Positions 11,199-21,086 of a DNA stretch of 64,000 nucleotides are shown piece after piece. A program made the position numbers and the translations under genes. Below the pieces are notes generated by a model. It saw only the letters and a list, made by a program, of their open reading frames with translations, made no database searches and was not told the origin of the DNA. Each line of letters begins with the position of its first letter. Position 1 is the first letter of the stretch. Location of the stretch: contig CAYQAV010000131.1 in NCBI GenBank assembly GCA_964415565.1, positions 291-64,290 on the forward strand, given 5' to 3'. The DNA is from an uncultured Candidatus Peribacteria bacterium. GTDB taxonomy: Bacteria; Patescibacteriota; Gracilibacteria; BD1-5; UBA6164.

Positions 11199-13403
11199 AT
11201 GTCTATATATAAAGTTAAAAAAAGAAATTGAGCAATAACAACTTTTGAACAAAAAAAGATTGAAGATGCTATAATAAAAGCAATAAAATCAGTTGGTTGA
11301 GATGATTTTACTCAAGTTATTTCTATTACTAATACAATAATTAGTTTAGTTGAAAAAAAGGTTTGAAAAAACATACCAACTGTTGAGCAAATTCAGGATG
11401 AGATAGAAGAAGTATTAATTAAGGAATGACATGATAGTGTAGCTAAAAGTTTTATACTTTATAGACAAAAAAGAAATGAATCTAGAACTGATAAAAATGT
11501 AGTTATAGAAGTAGGTAAATCTATGGAAGAATATTTAGAAAAATCAGATTGGAGAATAAATGCAAATGCAAATTCTGGTTATTCACTTTGAGGTATGATT
11601 TTAAACATTTCTTGAAAAGTAACTGCAAATTATTGGTTATCTCATATATATCCAGCTGAAATTTGAAACTTACATAGAAGTGCAGATTTTCATATTCATG
11701 ATTTAGATATGTTTTCAGGTTATTGTGCTGGTTGGAGTTTAAGGGCATTACTTGAAGAATGATTTAATGGTAGTGATAAGAGAGTTGATTCTTCACCTGC
11801 AAGAAATCTGCAAGCAGCAGTTAATCAAATGATAAATTTCTTATGAACTCTTCAAAATGAATGGGCTTGAGCACAAGCATTTTCAAGTTTTGATACTTAT
11901 CTTTCACCATTTATTCATAAATACAAAGAAGAAATAGAAAAAGAATTAAATGAAGTAAATGCTTCATTTAAAGATGAAAAAGAAAAAAAAGACTATATTT
12001 ATAATAAAACATATAAATATGTTTATCAACAAATGCAAAACTTTATTTTTGGTTTAAATGTACCAAGTAGATGGTGAACACAATCTCCGTTTACAAATAT
12101 AACTCTTGATTGGACTTGTCCAGAAGATTTAAAAGAAAAGGCATTATTCTTAGGTTGAATTGAAAAAGGATATTATAAGAAAAAATATTGAGAATTAGAA
12201 GAGGAAATGAAAATTATAAATAGAGCTTTAATTGAAGTTTATATTAAATGAGATAGAAATGGTAGAGTTTTTACTTTTCCAATCCCAACTTATAATATCA
12301 CTCCAGATTTTCCTTGGGAAGATCCTGATATAGATTTATTGTTTGAAATGACAGCTAAATATTGATTACCATATTTTCAAAATTTTGTAGGGTCACAATA
12401 TAAAAGAGTTAAAAAACCAGATTGAACTATAGAAAAAATTGAAAATCCAGATGCATATAAACCAGGTGCAGTTAGATCAATGTGTTGTAGATTACAACTT
12501 GATTTAACTCAATTAGAAAAAAGATGAGGTTGATTATTTTGAAGTGCGGAAATGACTTGAAGTATATGAGTTGTTACTTTAAATATGGCTCGTATATGAT
12601 ATAACTCGGCTTGAGATAGAGAAGCATTTAAAAATCAAGTAGTTTATCTTATGGAACAAGCAAAAATATCTCTTGAACTAAAAAGAAAAACAATTACAAA
12701 ATGGCTAGAACAATGACTTTATCCTTATACTTATAGATATTTAAGAAGTTTTAGAAATCATTTTTCAACTATTGGTTTAAATGGTATGAATGAAGCAATT
12801 TTAAATTTTACATCTTGAAAAGAAGATATTTCAAGTGATTGGTGAAAAGAATTCACTATGGAAGTAATTGATTTGATGAGAGAAAAACTAAAAGAATATC
12901 AAGAAGAAACTTGAAATATGTATAATCTAGAAGCAACTCCAGCAGAATGAACAACATATAGATTTGCAAAAGAAGATAAGAAACAATTACCAAATATAAT
13001 TCAAGCAGGGACTGAAGAAGCTCCTTATTATACAAATTCTTCTCAATTACCAGTTTGATTTACATCTGATCCATTTGAAGCACTTGATGAACAAAATGAA
13101 CTTCAATGTAAATATACATGAGGAACTGTATTACATTTATATATGTGAGAAAGATTAACAGATAGTAAATCTTGTAAGAACTTTGTTAGAAATGTGTTAA
13201 CAAATTATAGTTTGCCATATATAACTATTTCTCCAACTTTTTCTATTTGTCCTAAACATTGATATGTAAATTGAGAACATGATTTTTGTCCTAAATGTGA
13301 TGCTGAAGTATGATATAATTGAAAAAAATTTGATATAAAAACTAGGGAAATATATACAGATGATAGTGAAAAAATGAAAAAAATTGAAAATGAAGATGTT
13401 TAA
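11199..13403 (+). CDS. nrdD: anaerobic (class III) ribonucleoside-triphosphate reductase, large chain lacking the glycyl-radical domain (734 aa)
   Basis: ATP-cone VKKRNGAITTFEQKKIEDAI. DWRINANANSGYSLGGM, FHIHDLDMFSGYCAGWSL, QAFSSFDTYLSP. Zn-ribbon-like CPKHGYVNGEHDFCPKC. The ORF then ends (..TREIYTDDSEKMKKIENEDV, TAA at 13401) before any RVxGY glycyl-radical motif. Confidence 0.9.
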
Positions 13404-13496
13404 AAATTAAAAATCCACCATTTAATTTACTAATTTATTAAATAAATAAGCAATTTAAGTAGGGGTTATATTATAATTAATTAACCAAATAATATT

Positions 13497-13685
13497 ATGT
13501 CAGCAGTATTTATAAATAAAGAAGGTATGGAAGTTGAAAGAACTAGATGTGAAATCTATACTAGAGTTATGTGATACCATAGGCCAGTTACAAGTTTTAA
13601 TATTTGAAAAAAGAGTGAATTTTATTCTAGAAATTATTTTAAAGAGACAAATCAAAATTTAGATTTCATAAATAAGTATTGTTAA
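13497..13685 (+). CDS. stand-alone NrdD glycyl-radical domain (62 aa)
   Basis: MSAVFINKEGMEVERTRCEIYTRVMGYHRPVTSFNIGKKSEFYSRNYF... matches the NrdD C-terminal consensus (sRv.GY.rpv..wN.GK..E...R). The radical Gly is the TGA at 13572-13574. Confidence 0.7.
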
Positions 13686-13723
13686 TTATAATAATTTAAA
13701 TTATATATTTAATATAAATATTT

Positions 13724-14617
13724 ATGAAGAGAGCCGATATTAAAGTTTGATTTGCTTGTAATAATCATTGTACTTTTTGTGTTCAGTGAGATAAAAGATA
13801 CAAATATAAACCTAGAACTTTAGATGAAATAAAATCAATTATATTAAATGAATATAATTTATGAGCTAGATCTGTAGTTTTCACTTGATGAGAACCAACT
13901 GTTCATCCAAATTTAGTTGAAGCTGTTTCATATTCTAAAGAATTATGATTTATACAAATTCAAATTCAATCTAATTGAACAAATTTTGATGATATAGAAT
14001 ATATAAAAAAATTACTTAATGCATGAGTAACAGAATTTAGTCCTTCAATTCATTGATTTAAAAAAGAAACTCATGATAAGCAAGTTTGAACACCTTGAGC
14101 TTGGGATAGGGTTGTAAGATGATTAATTAATTTAAGAAAACTAAAATGTTTGGTTATTATTAATTCTGTAATTACAAATGATAATTATAAAGAAATTCCA
14201 TTACTTGCTAAGTTACTTATAGATTTAAAAGTAAATCAATTTCAATTTGCATTTGTTCATATATTATGAAGTGCAGATAAAAATAAAGAAAGTGTTGTTC
14301 CTAAAAAATCTATTGTTATACCATATGTTCATAAAGCACTTGATTTAGCAAAAAATGCTTGAATTCCTGCTTATACTGAAGCAATTCCTTATTGTTTAAT
14401 GCAATGATATGAATATGCAATTTCAGAAAATATAATGCCAGAAACTTCTATAAATGATGCAGAAATGAGAACTGAAAGTTATGCAGAATATAGATGGAAT
14501 GAATGAAAAACAAAAAGAGAAGAATGTAAGTCTTGTTCTAAATATGAACTTTGTGAATGACCGTGGAAAGAGTATCCTGATATGTATGGTTGGGATGAAT
14601 TTGTTCCTTTAAAATAA
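13724..14617 (+). CDS. radical SAM protein (MoaA/NifB/PqqE-like) with C-terminal Cys-rich motif (297 aa)
   Basis: CxxxCxxC cluster GFACNNHCTFC, GGEPT motif VVFTGGEPTVHP, C-terminal CKSCSKYELCEGPW. Confidence 0.8.
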
Positions 14618-14621
14618 AAAT

Positions 14622-15323
14622 ATGCAAATATCTGCAATAAATAAATTTTCTTTGATAGAGTTTCCATGAGAAATTTCTACCATAGTTTTTACTCCTGGTT
14701 GTAATTTTAGGTGTGAGTATTGTCATAATAGTGAGTTCGTATTACCAGAAAAACTGAAAAATGTTTTAAAAAATTTAATAATGGAAAAAGCATTTTTTAA
14801 TTTTTTGGAAAAAAGAAAATGAAATCTTACTTGAGTTTCAATTTGTGGCTGAGAGCCTACTATGCAAACTGATTTAAAAGAGTTTTGTAGAAAAGTTAAA
14901 TCACTTTGATATAAAGTTAAGCTTGATACAAATTGAAGAGATCCATTTATAATTAAAGAACTTTTAGATGAAGATTTGCTTGATTATGTTGCAATGGATA
15001 TAAAATATGAGATATGAAATTTTTCTTATATAGCATGAATTAAATTAGAAGAAAAGATATATTTAGAAACTATAAATATACTTTTAAATTCAACTATAGA
15101 TTATGAATTTAGAACTACAGTTATTAAGTGAATTCATAATGAAGAAATAATAGAAAATATATCAAAATATATTTCTGGAGCAAAGAATTATTACTTACAA
15201 AATTATAGGTCAGGAAATACTTTAAATCAAAATTTTAATTGAGAAAGTTTTAACCAAAATGAGCTAGAAAAATTTAGCGAAATCTCAAATAAATATATAA
15301 AAAATGTATGAATTAGAAACTAA
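14622..15323 (+). CDS. nrdG: anaerobic RNR activating radical-SAM enzyme (233 aa)
   Basis: FSLIEFPGEISTIVFTPGCNFRCEYCHN..GVSICGGEPTMQ..KLDTNG, the PflA/NrdG-type activase, downstream of nrdD. Confidence 0.85.
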
Positions 15324-15356
15324 AATATTACTTTTATAAAAGTAATATTTTAGTTA
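15319..15356 (+). terminator. intrinsic terminator after nrdG
   Basis: Inverted repeat taaaatattactttt / aaaagtaatatttta followed by T-rich sequence. Confidence 0.6.
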
Positions 15357-15380
15357 TTTTAATAATTAATTTACAAATAA

Positions 15381-16124
15381 ATGAAAATAAATAAAACAGA
15401 TATTATATGAGAAGTTGCATCAAAATATCCAATTACAGTAAGTGTTTTTTTGAAATATTGAATAGAATTTTGTTGTAAATGAAATATTACTTTAGAGGAA
15501 TCATCAAAAAGAGATAATTTTGATTTAGATTTAGTTTTATCTGAGTTATCTAAGCTTGTTGATTTTAATAATTCTGAAGATATAGATTTATCATCAAAAA
15601 CATTACCTGAAATAGCAGAGTATATTAAAAATACTTTTCATTTACCAATTAGAGAGCTTTTGTATCCAACAGAAGTTCTTGCTAAGAAAGTTGCAATGGT
15701 TCACTGAGAATCACATAAAGAATTATATGAAATTAGAGATATAGTAGAGGGATTAGTTCCTGTTTTAGAAATGCATTTTGATAAGGAATGACAAATTTTA
15801 CATCCAATGTTAAATGAGTTACAAAATAATTTTGATAATAATACTGAATTAAAACCATTACATTGTGGAAGTATAAAAAATCCTATAAGACAAATGGAAT
15901 CAGAACATGATAATTATGGAGATATGCTTTTAGAGTTAAAAAAATTAACATCAAATTATACTTTGCCAGATGGAGCATGTAGAAGTTATCAAGCTTTGTA
16001 TGCTAATTTACAAAAACTAGAAGAGGATTTAATGAGACATACAAATTTAGAAAACTTTATTTTACACCCTAGAGCAATAGAAATTGAAAATAAAATTTCA
16101 TGAAATAGTAGTTGTGGTTTTTAA
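15381..16124 (+). CDS. ric: iron-sulfur cluster repair di-iron protein (RIC/ScdA/YtfE family, 247 aa)
   Basis: ScdA_N-like N-terminus (VASKYPITVSVFLKYGIEFCCKGNITLEES) plus hemerythrin-like His/Glu pattern (HGESHKEL..HFDKEGQILHP..ESEHD..HTNLENFILHP). Confidence 0.8.
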
Positions 16125-16134
16125 ATAAAAATAT

Positions 16135-16842
16135 ATGATAGAAAAAAAATTAAATTTAATAACTTTTTCATGACCACCTTCTTCTTGAAAAACTTCAGTT
16201 ATAATTAAGGTAATTAAAAATTTTTTGCAAAAATGAATTAAAGTTTGAGTTGTAAAAATGGATTGTCTTATGACTGATGATGATAAATTATATGGAGAAT
16301 TAGGTATTCCTGTAAAAAAAGCATTATCTGCAAATATTTGTCCAGATCATTTTTTTGTTAGTAATATAGAAGAGATATTTAATTGGTGAAAAAAACAAGA
16401 TTTAGAAGTACTTATAACTGAAAGCGCATGACTTTGCAACAGATGTAGTCCTTATATAAAGGAAATAAAAGCAGTTTGTGTTATTGATAATTTAAGCTGA
16501 ATAAATACTCCAAAAAAGATAGGACCAATGTTAAAATTAGCGGATATAGTTATAGTTACTAAGTGAGATATAGTTTCACAAGCAGAAAGAGAGGTTTTTG
16601 TTTCTAGAATAAAAACTGTAAACCCAAAATCAATAGTAATGAATGTAAATTGATTAAATTGACAATGAGCCTATGAATTATCAAACTTATTGATGGAAAA
16701 TAAGGAAATGTATGAAACACTAGAATGAATGAGTCTTAGATTTTCTATGCCAACAGCAGTTTGTTCTTATTGTTTAGGAGAAACTCGTATATGAAAAAGA
16801 TTTCAAATGTGAAATGTAAAAAAAGTAAATTTAGATGATTAA
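16135..16842 (+). CDS. G3E-family P-loop GTPase, HypB/UreG-like (235 aa)
   Basis: P-loop FSGPPSSGKTS, ITESAGLCNRCSP (compare HypB ENVGNLVCP), VTKGD (NKxD-like), C-terminal CSYC. Confidence 0.65.
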
Positions 16843-16851
16843 CAATATATT

Positions 16852-17859
16852 ATGATAAATTATTTAGAATTTTTAGATAAAAAATTATGATTTTTGTTGT
16901 CTTCAATTCCTAAATTAAAAGAATATTTAGATACAAATTGAATTGATTATTTAGAAAAAGATGAATTAAGTTTAAAAGATTTTTTTAATAGCTTTTCTGA
17001 TAATTTTTATATAGAAAAAGCTACAACTAAGCAAATATTATCAAGTAGTTTTTATGAATTTTATATAAACCTAATTAAGCAAAATAGTAATAATTTACTA
17101 TTGGATATACATGAAATTACTATAAAATCGTGAAAAAACAAAAACTGAATAAATGAAAATTTTTCATCTTTAACAATTAAAAGGTGAGAGGTAATATCAA
17201 TTGTTTGACCTACTTGATCTTGAAAATCTAGATTACTTGCAGATATAGAATGGATGGCCTGCAAAGATACACCAACAGATAGAACTATATTTGTAAATGG
17301 AATACTTCCACCAAAAGAACTTAGATATTCTAGTGATTTTAAGTTAGTTGCACAATTAACTCAAAATATGAATTTTATTATGGATTTAACAGTAGAGGAT
17401 TTTTTAGTATTACATGCAGAAAGTAGAAATATTTCTGATGTTGAAAATACTGTAAAAAAAATAATAGAAGAAGCAAATAAATTATCTTGAGAATCTTTTG
17501 ATTGAAAAACATTTATTACATCTCTCAGTTGATGACAGTCAAGAGCATTAATGATTGCAGATATTGCTATTTTAAGTAAATCTCCCATAGTTTTAATTGA
17601 TGAGATTGAAAATGCATGAGTTGATAGAAAAAAAGCACTTAGTTTATTACTTAGAGAAGATAAAATAGTTTTGATAGCAACTCATGACCCTATATTAGCA
17701 TTGTCTTGAAATAAAAGAATAGTTTTAAAAGATGGTTGAATAAATAATATAATAGAAATAAAAGAGGAAGAAAAAGCAATATTATTAAAATTAGAGGAAT
17801 TAGATAAAAGTATTTTGTTTTATAGAGAAAAGCTTAGAAAGTGAGAAAAATTAATATAA
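16852..17859 (+). CDS. ABC-type ATPase with ~110-aa N-terminal extension, no adjacent permease (335 aa)
   Basis: Walker A GPTGSGKS (the three Gly are TGA at 17206, 17215, 17221), signature LSGGQ (TGA 17530, 17533), Walker B VLIDE, H-loop ATHD. Confidence 0.8.
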
Positions 17860-17885
17860 AAAACTATAAATTTTATAGTTTTTTA
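17858..17885 (+). terminator. intrinsic terminator after the ABC ATPase gene
   Basis: aaaactata..tatagtttt palindrome with A-run and T-run flanks. Confidence 0.55.
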
Positions 17886-17895
17886 TATTGCAATA

Positions 17896-17943
17896 TTACT
17901 ATATTTAGTATAATTGTTTTATATAAAACTCAATATATTGTAA
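17896..17943. promoter_or_regulatory. two candidate NrdR boxes (17896-17911 and 17928-17943)
   Basis: ttaCTATATTTAGtat and actCAATATATTGtaa. The second core matches the remembered NrdR-box core CwAtATaTwG exactly, the first 9/10. Centre-to-centre spacing is 32 bp, ending 12 nt upstream of the nrdR ATG. Confidence 0.4.
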
Positions 17944-17954
17944 TTTTAGAAAAT

Positions 17955-18398
17955 ATGTATTGTATAAATTGCTGACATGATAATACCAGAGTAACTGATT
18001 CAAGAACTTCTGAAGATTGAAAAGCAATAAGAAGAAGAAGAGAGTGTGAAAATTGTCATAATAGATTTACTACTTTTGAAAAAATTGAAACTACTGATTT
18101 GATAGTTGAAAAATCTTGAAACAGAAAGCAAAGGTATGATAGAGATAAATTGGAAGACAGTATTTTAAAGGCTGTTAATAAAAGAAATATAAGTATAAAT
18201 CAAATAAATGACTTAATAAGAAAGATGGAATTTAAATGGTGAAATAGAAATGAAATAACATCAAAAGAAATTTGAAAAAATGTTTTAGATTCTTTATTTT
18301 TACTCGATGAAGTTGCATATATCAGATATGCTTCAGTTCATTTAAATTTTGAAAATTCTAGAGATTTTATTGAATTTATAAATAAAAAAACATTTTAA
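17955..18398 (+). CDS. nrdR: transcriptional repressor NrdR (147 aa)
   Basis: [42 protein letters not shown] (Zn ribbon) followed by an ATP-cone. Confidence 0.95.
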
Positions 18399-18501
18399 TT
18401 AATTTTTAACAAGAAATTAACATAATTTTAAAAAATAAAATGATTTTTAATTTAAAATCATTAAATTACTTTTTAAGTATATTTTTAACAAAAGTTTTAA
18501 A

Positions 18502-19548
18502 ATGACAGAACAACAACTGAAAGCAAATCCAATTTTTAATCCAAAATGAAATGATGATGTTGCAGATAGAACAATAATAAAATGAAATACAACTGGTTTA
18601 TTTCAATTAAATGCAGTTAAGTATAATTGGGCAAAAAGTTTATATCAAGTTATGGTTTGAAATTTTTGGCTTCCAGAAAAAGTAAAATGACTTTGAGAAG
18701 ATGCTAATCAATTTAAAAAAGAATTAACTGCTGATGAAGCTAGAGCATATAAATGAATATTATCTTTTTTGATATTCTTGGATAGTATACAAACTATGAA
18801 TTTGCCAAATTTTTCTGAATATGTAACTGCTCCTGAAGTTAATCTTATACTTTCTATACAAACTTATCAAGAAGCAATTCACTCTCAATCTTATGCTACT
18901 ATTTTAGAAACAGTTGTTGATTCTAAGGATAGAGAAGAAATATACTATTTTTGGAGAAATGATAAGCATTTACTTGAAAGAAATGAATTTATCGGAGGTA
19001 TTTATCAAAAATTTATTGATAATCCAAATGATGAAAATTTCTTTGCTTGAATAATTTGAAATTTTTTACTTGAAAGTATTTATTTCTATAACTGATTTGC
19101 ATTTTTTGATACTCTTGCTGATGCATGAAAAATGGTTGCGACAGATAGAATGATAAATTATATTAGAAGAGATGAATTAACTCATGTTACTATTTTTGCT
19201 AATTTAATTAAAGAAATCAAAAAAGAATTTCCTGAAATGTATAGTGAAAAACTTATACTTGAAATGATGGATACAGCAGTTAAACAAGAAGTAAAATGGT
19301 CTAAACATATTCTTTGAGAAAAAATTATAGGTATGGGTCATGAAAATATAGAAAACTATACAAAATGGCTAGCTAATGAAAGATTAAATATGTTAGGTAT
19401 AAAACCACTTTATCCAGATGTAATAAAAAATCCATATAAACATCTTGATAGATTACAAGATAATAATGGTGAAAAATGAAATTTCTTTGAATCTACAGTT
19501 ACAAATTATGCACAATCAAGTGCTATGAAATGAAGTTGGGATTTCTAG
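18502..19548 (+). CDS. nrdB: class I ribonucleotide reductase beta subunit (348 aa)
   Basis: NWAKSLYQVMVGNFWLPEKV, LDSIQT, IQTYQEAIHSQSY, FYNGFAFF, IRRDELTHV. Di-iron/tyrosyl ligand pattern. Confidence 0.9.
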
Positions 19549-19553
19549 ATAAT

Positions 19554-19581
19554 AAAAAAAACTGCCAAAGGCAGTTTTTTA
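19554..19581. terminator. bidirectional terminator shared by nrdB and trxB
   Basis: A-run, stem actgcc/ggcagt, T-run, lying between two convergent stops. Confidence 0.75.
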
Positions 19582-20496
19582 TTATCTTAAATTATCTTCA
19601 TGTACACTATTTGCTGCAAGACAACCTTCTGCAGCACTCATAATAGTTTGTTTAAATTTATTTGAATTTGTAGTTACATCTCAAGCAGCATAAAGTCATT
19701 TTACACTAGTTTCTTGTCTTGCATCAACTACTAAACATCATTCACTATCTTTTTCTAATCATAAATTATCAACAATTGAAGTATTTGGTAGTGTTCCAAC
19801 AGCTACAAATATACCATCTGCTTTTAATTCTTTACCTGATTTTAATTTTATTCAAGTCATACCAAGAGCGTCTCAAACTATCTCTTCAACTTCTTCATTT
19901 AATACCATTTCAATATTTTCTTTACTCATTGCTTTATCTACCCATGAAGTTTCAGCTCTAAAAGTATCTTTTCTATGAACAATATACACTTTTTTACAAA
20001 TATCTGACAAATAAAGAGCTTCAGTTATTGCAGTATTTCATCCTCAAACAATAATAACTTCTCTATTTCTAAAAAACAGTCAATCACAAGTAGCACAATA
20101 ACTTACTCATTTTCATAAAAATTCTTTTTCACCTTTTGCTCAAAGATGTCTATGATTATTTCAAGTTGCGATAATTACATATTTTGATTTAAATTCTTTT
20201 CAAGAAATTGTTTTTATATGGAAATTATCTTTGTGTTTAGTTACTTCACTAACAAATTCGCTTAGTATTTCACTTCCTGAACTTAAAGAGTGTTCTTTGA
20301 AAGAATCCATTATTTCTTTTCCTGGTGCAGAAATAGTTCATGGCCAATTTTCAACTCTATGAGAAGTTGCCAAAGCTCAACCAGGTTGTGCTCAAATAAT
20401 TAAGTTTTTTATCTTATATCTACTAGCATACATTCAAGCAGGGTATCAAGCTGAACCAGCTCAAACTATAATTAAATCATAATCTATATTAGTCAT
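19582..20496 (-). CDS. trxB: thioredoxin-disulfide reductase (304 aa)
   Basis: DLIIVGAGSAGYPAGMYASR, redox centre CATCDG, GGGNTAITEALYL, GLYAAGDV. By hand count, 20 of its 31 Gly codons are TGA. Confidence 0.9.
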
Positions 20497-20718
20497 TTTT
20501 AAATATTAGTTATTATTAATAAAATAATTTATAAAAATTATTTATGAAAGTATTTTAATAAGTTTCTATACTTTGTAAAGTAAATTTTATTATTATGAGA
20601 ATTATTCTCATTTATTAAAATTAATATAGGATTCAGAAATATTTAATTGACTTATATAATATTTTATTTATATTTATATTACTTTTTCAATTTTTTTCCT
20701 AAAAGGAGGAGGTTAATT

Positions 20719-21003
20719 ATGAATAAGCCTATTCCTATGAGTGGAAAAGGATATACTAAAACTAGCCGAAAAATTTGGCTTATGAAATATGAAAGGGATA
20801 CTTTTAATATTGAAGCAGCTTTTGCTAAAAAAGAAAAACAAGAGTTTGATTTTGAAAATAGAGTTGAAATTTCTTTATTAAAACAAAACAATCTATTAAT
20901 TATTCCAACTTGTTTTTGTATAAAAGAGAAAAAAAAGTTTTCCATATTTTACTTTATTATGGGATTAATCTTTTCTTTCTTTAAAATGATTAAGTCATCC
21001 TGA
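20719..21003 (+). CDS. small basic/hydrophobic protein, 94 aa if TGA terminates (106 aa, to 21039, if TGA=Gly)
   Basis: Canonical SD aaggaggagg (20703-20712) 6 nt before ATG 20719. No internal TGA. TTGACT-N16-TATATT promoter-like sequence from 20648. C-terminal hydrophobic helix FSIFYFIMGLIFSFF. TGA 21001 lies in a terminator stem. Confidence 0.45.
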   Translation: MNKPIPMSGKGYTKTSRKIWLMKYERDTFNIEAAFAKKEKQEFDFENRVEISLLKQNNLLIIPTCFCIKEKKKFSIFYFIMGLIFSFFKMIKSS

Positions 21004-21022
21004 TTTTCAGGATGGCTTTTTT
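20994..21022 (+). terminator. intrinsic terminator overlapping the TGA of the small ORF
   Basis: Stem catcctg/caggatg followed by gcttttttc. Confidence 0.65.
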
Positions 21023-21086
21023 CTTTAAGTATTTGATAAAATTAAGAAAAAATATAGAATACAATAAATAAAATTATAAAAAATAT

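Noticed and set aside
13404-13496. A self-splicing intron or intein separating the two nrdD parts (phage T4 nrdD has a group I intron).
   Set aside because: The spacer is only 93 nt, AT-rich and without obvious structure, far too short for a group I or II intron. It contains several in-frame TAA/TAG codons, and the second ORF has its own ATG, so protein splicing is excluded.
20595-20611. ATGAGAAT as a recurring regulatory word (also at 22839-22846 and 62651-62658).
   Set aside because: For this composition I estimate several chance occurrences of such an 8-mer in 64 kb on both strands. Only the 17-bp palindrome at 20595-20611 is retained, as part of the small-ORF finding.
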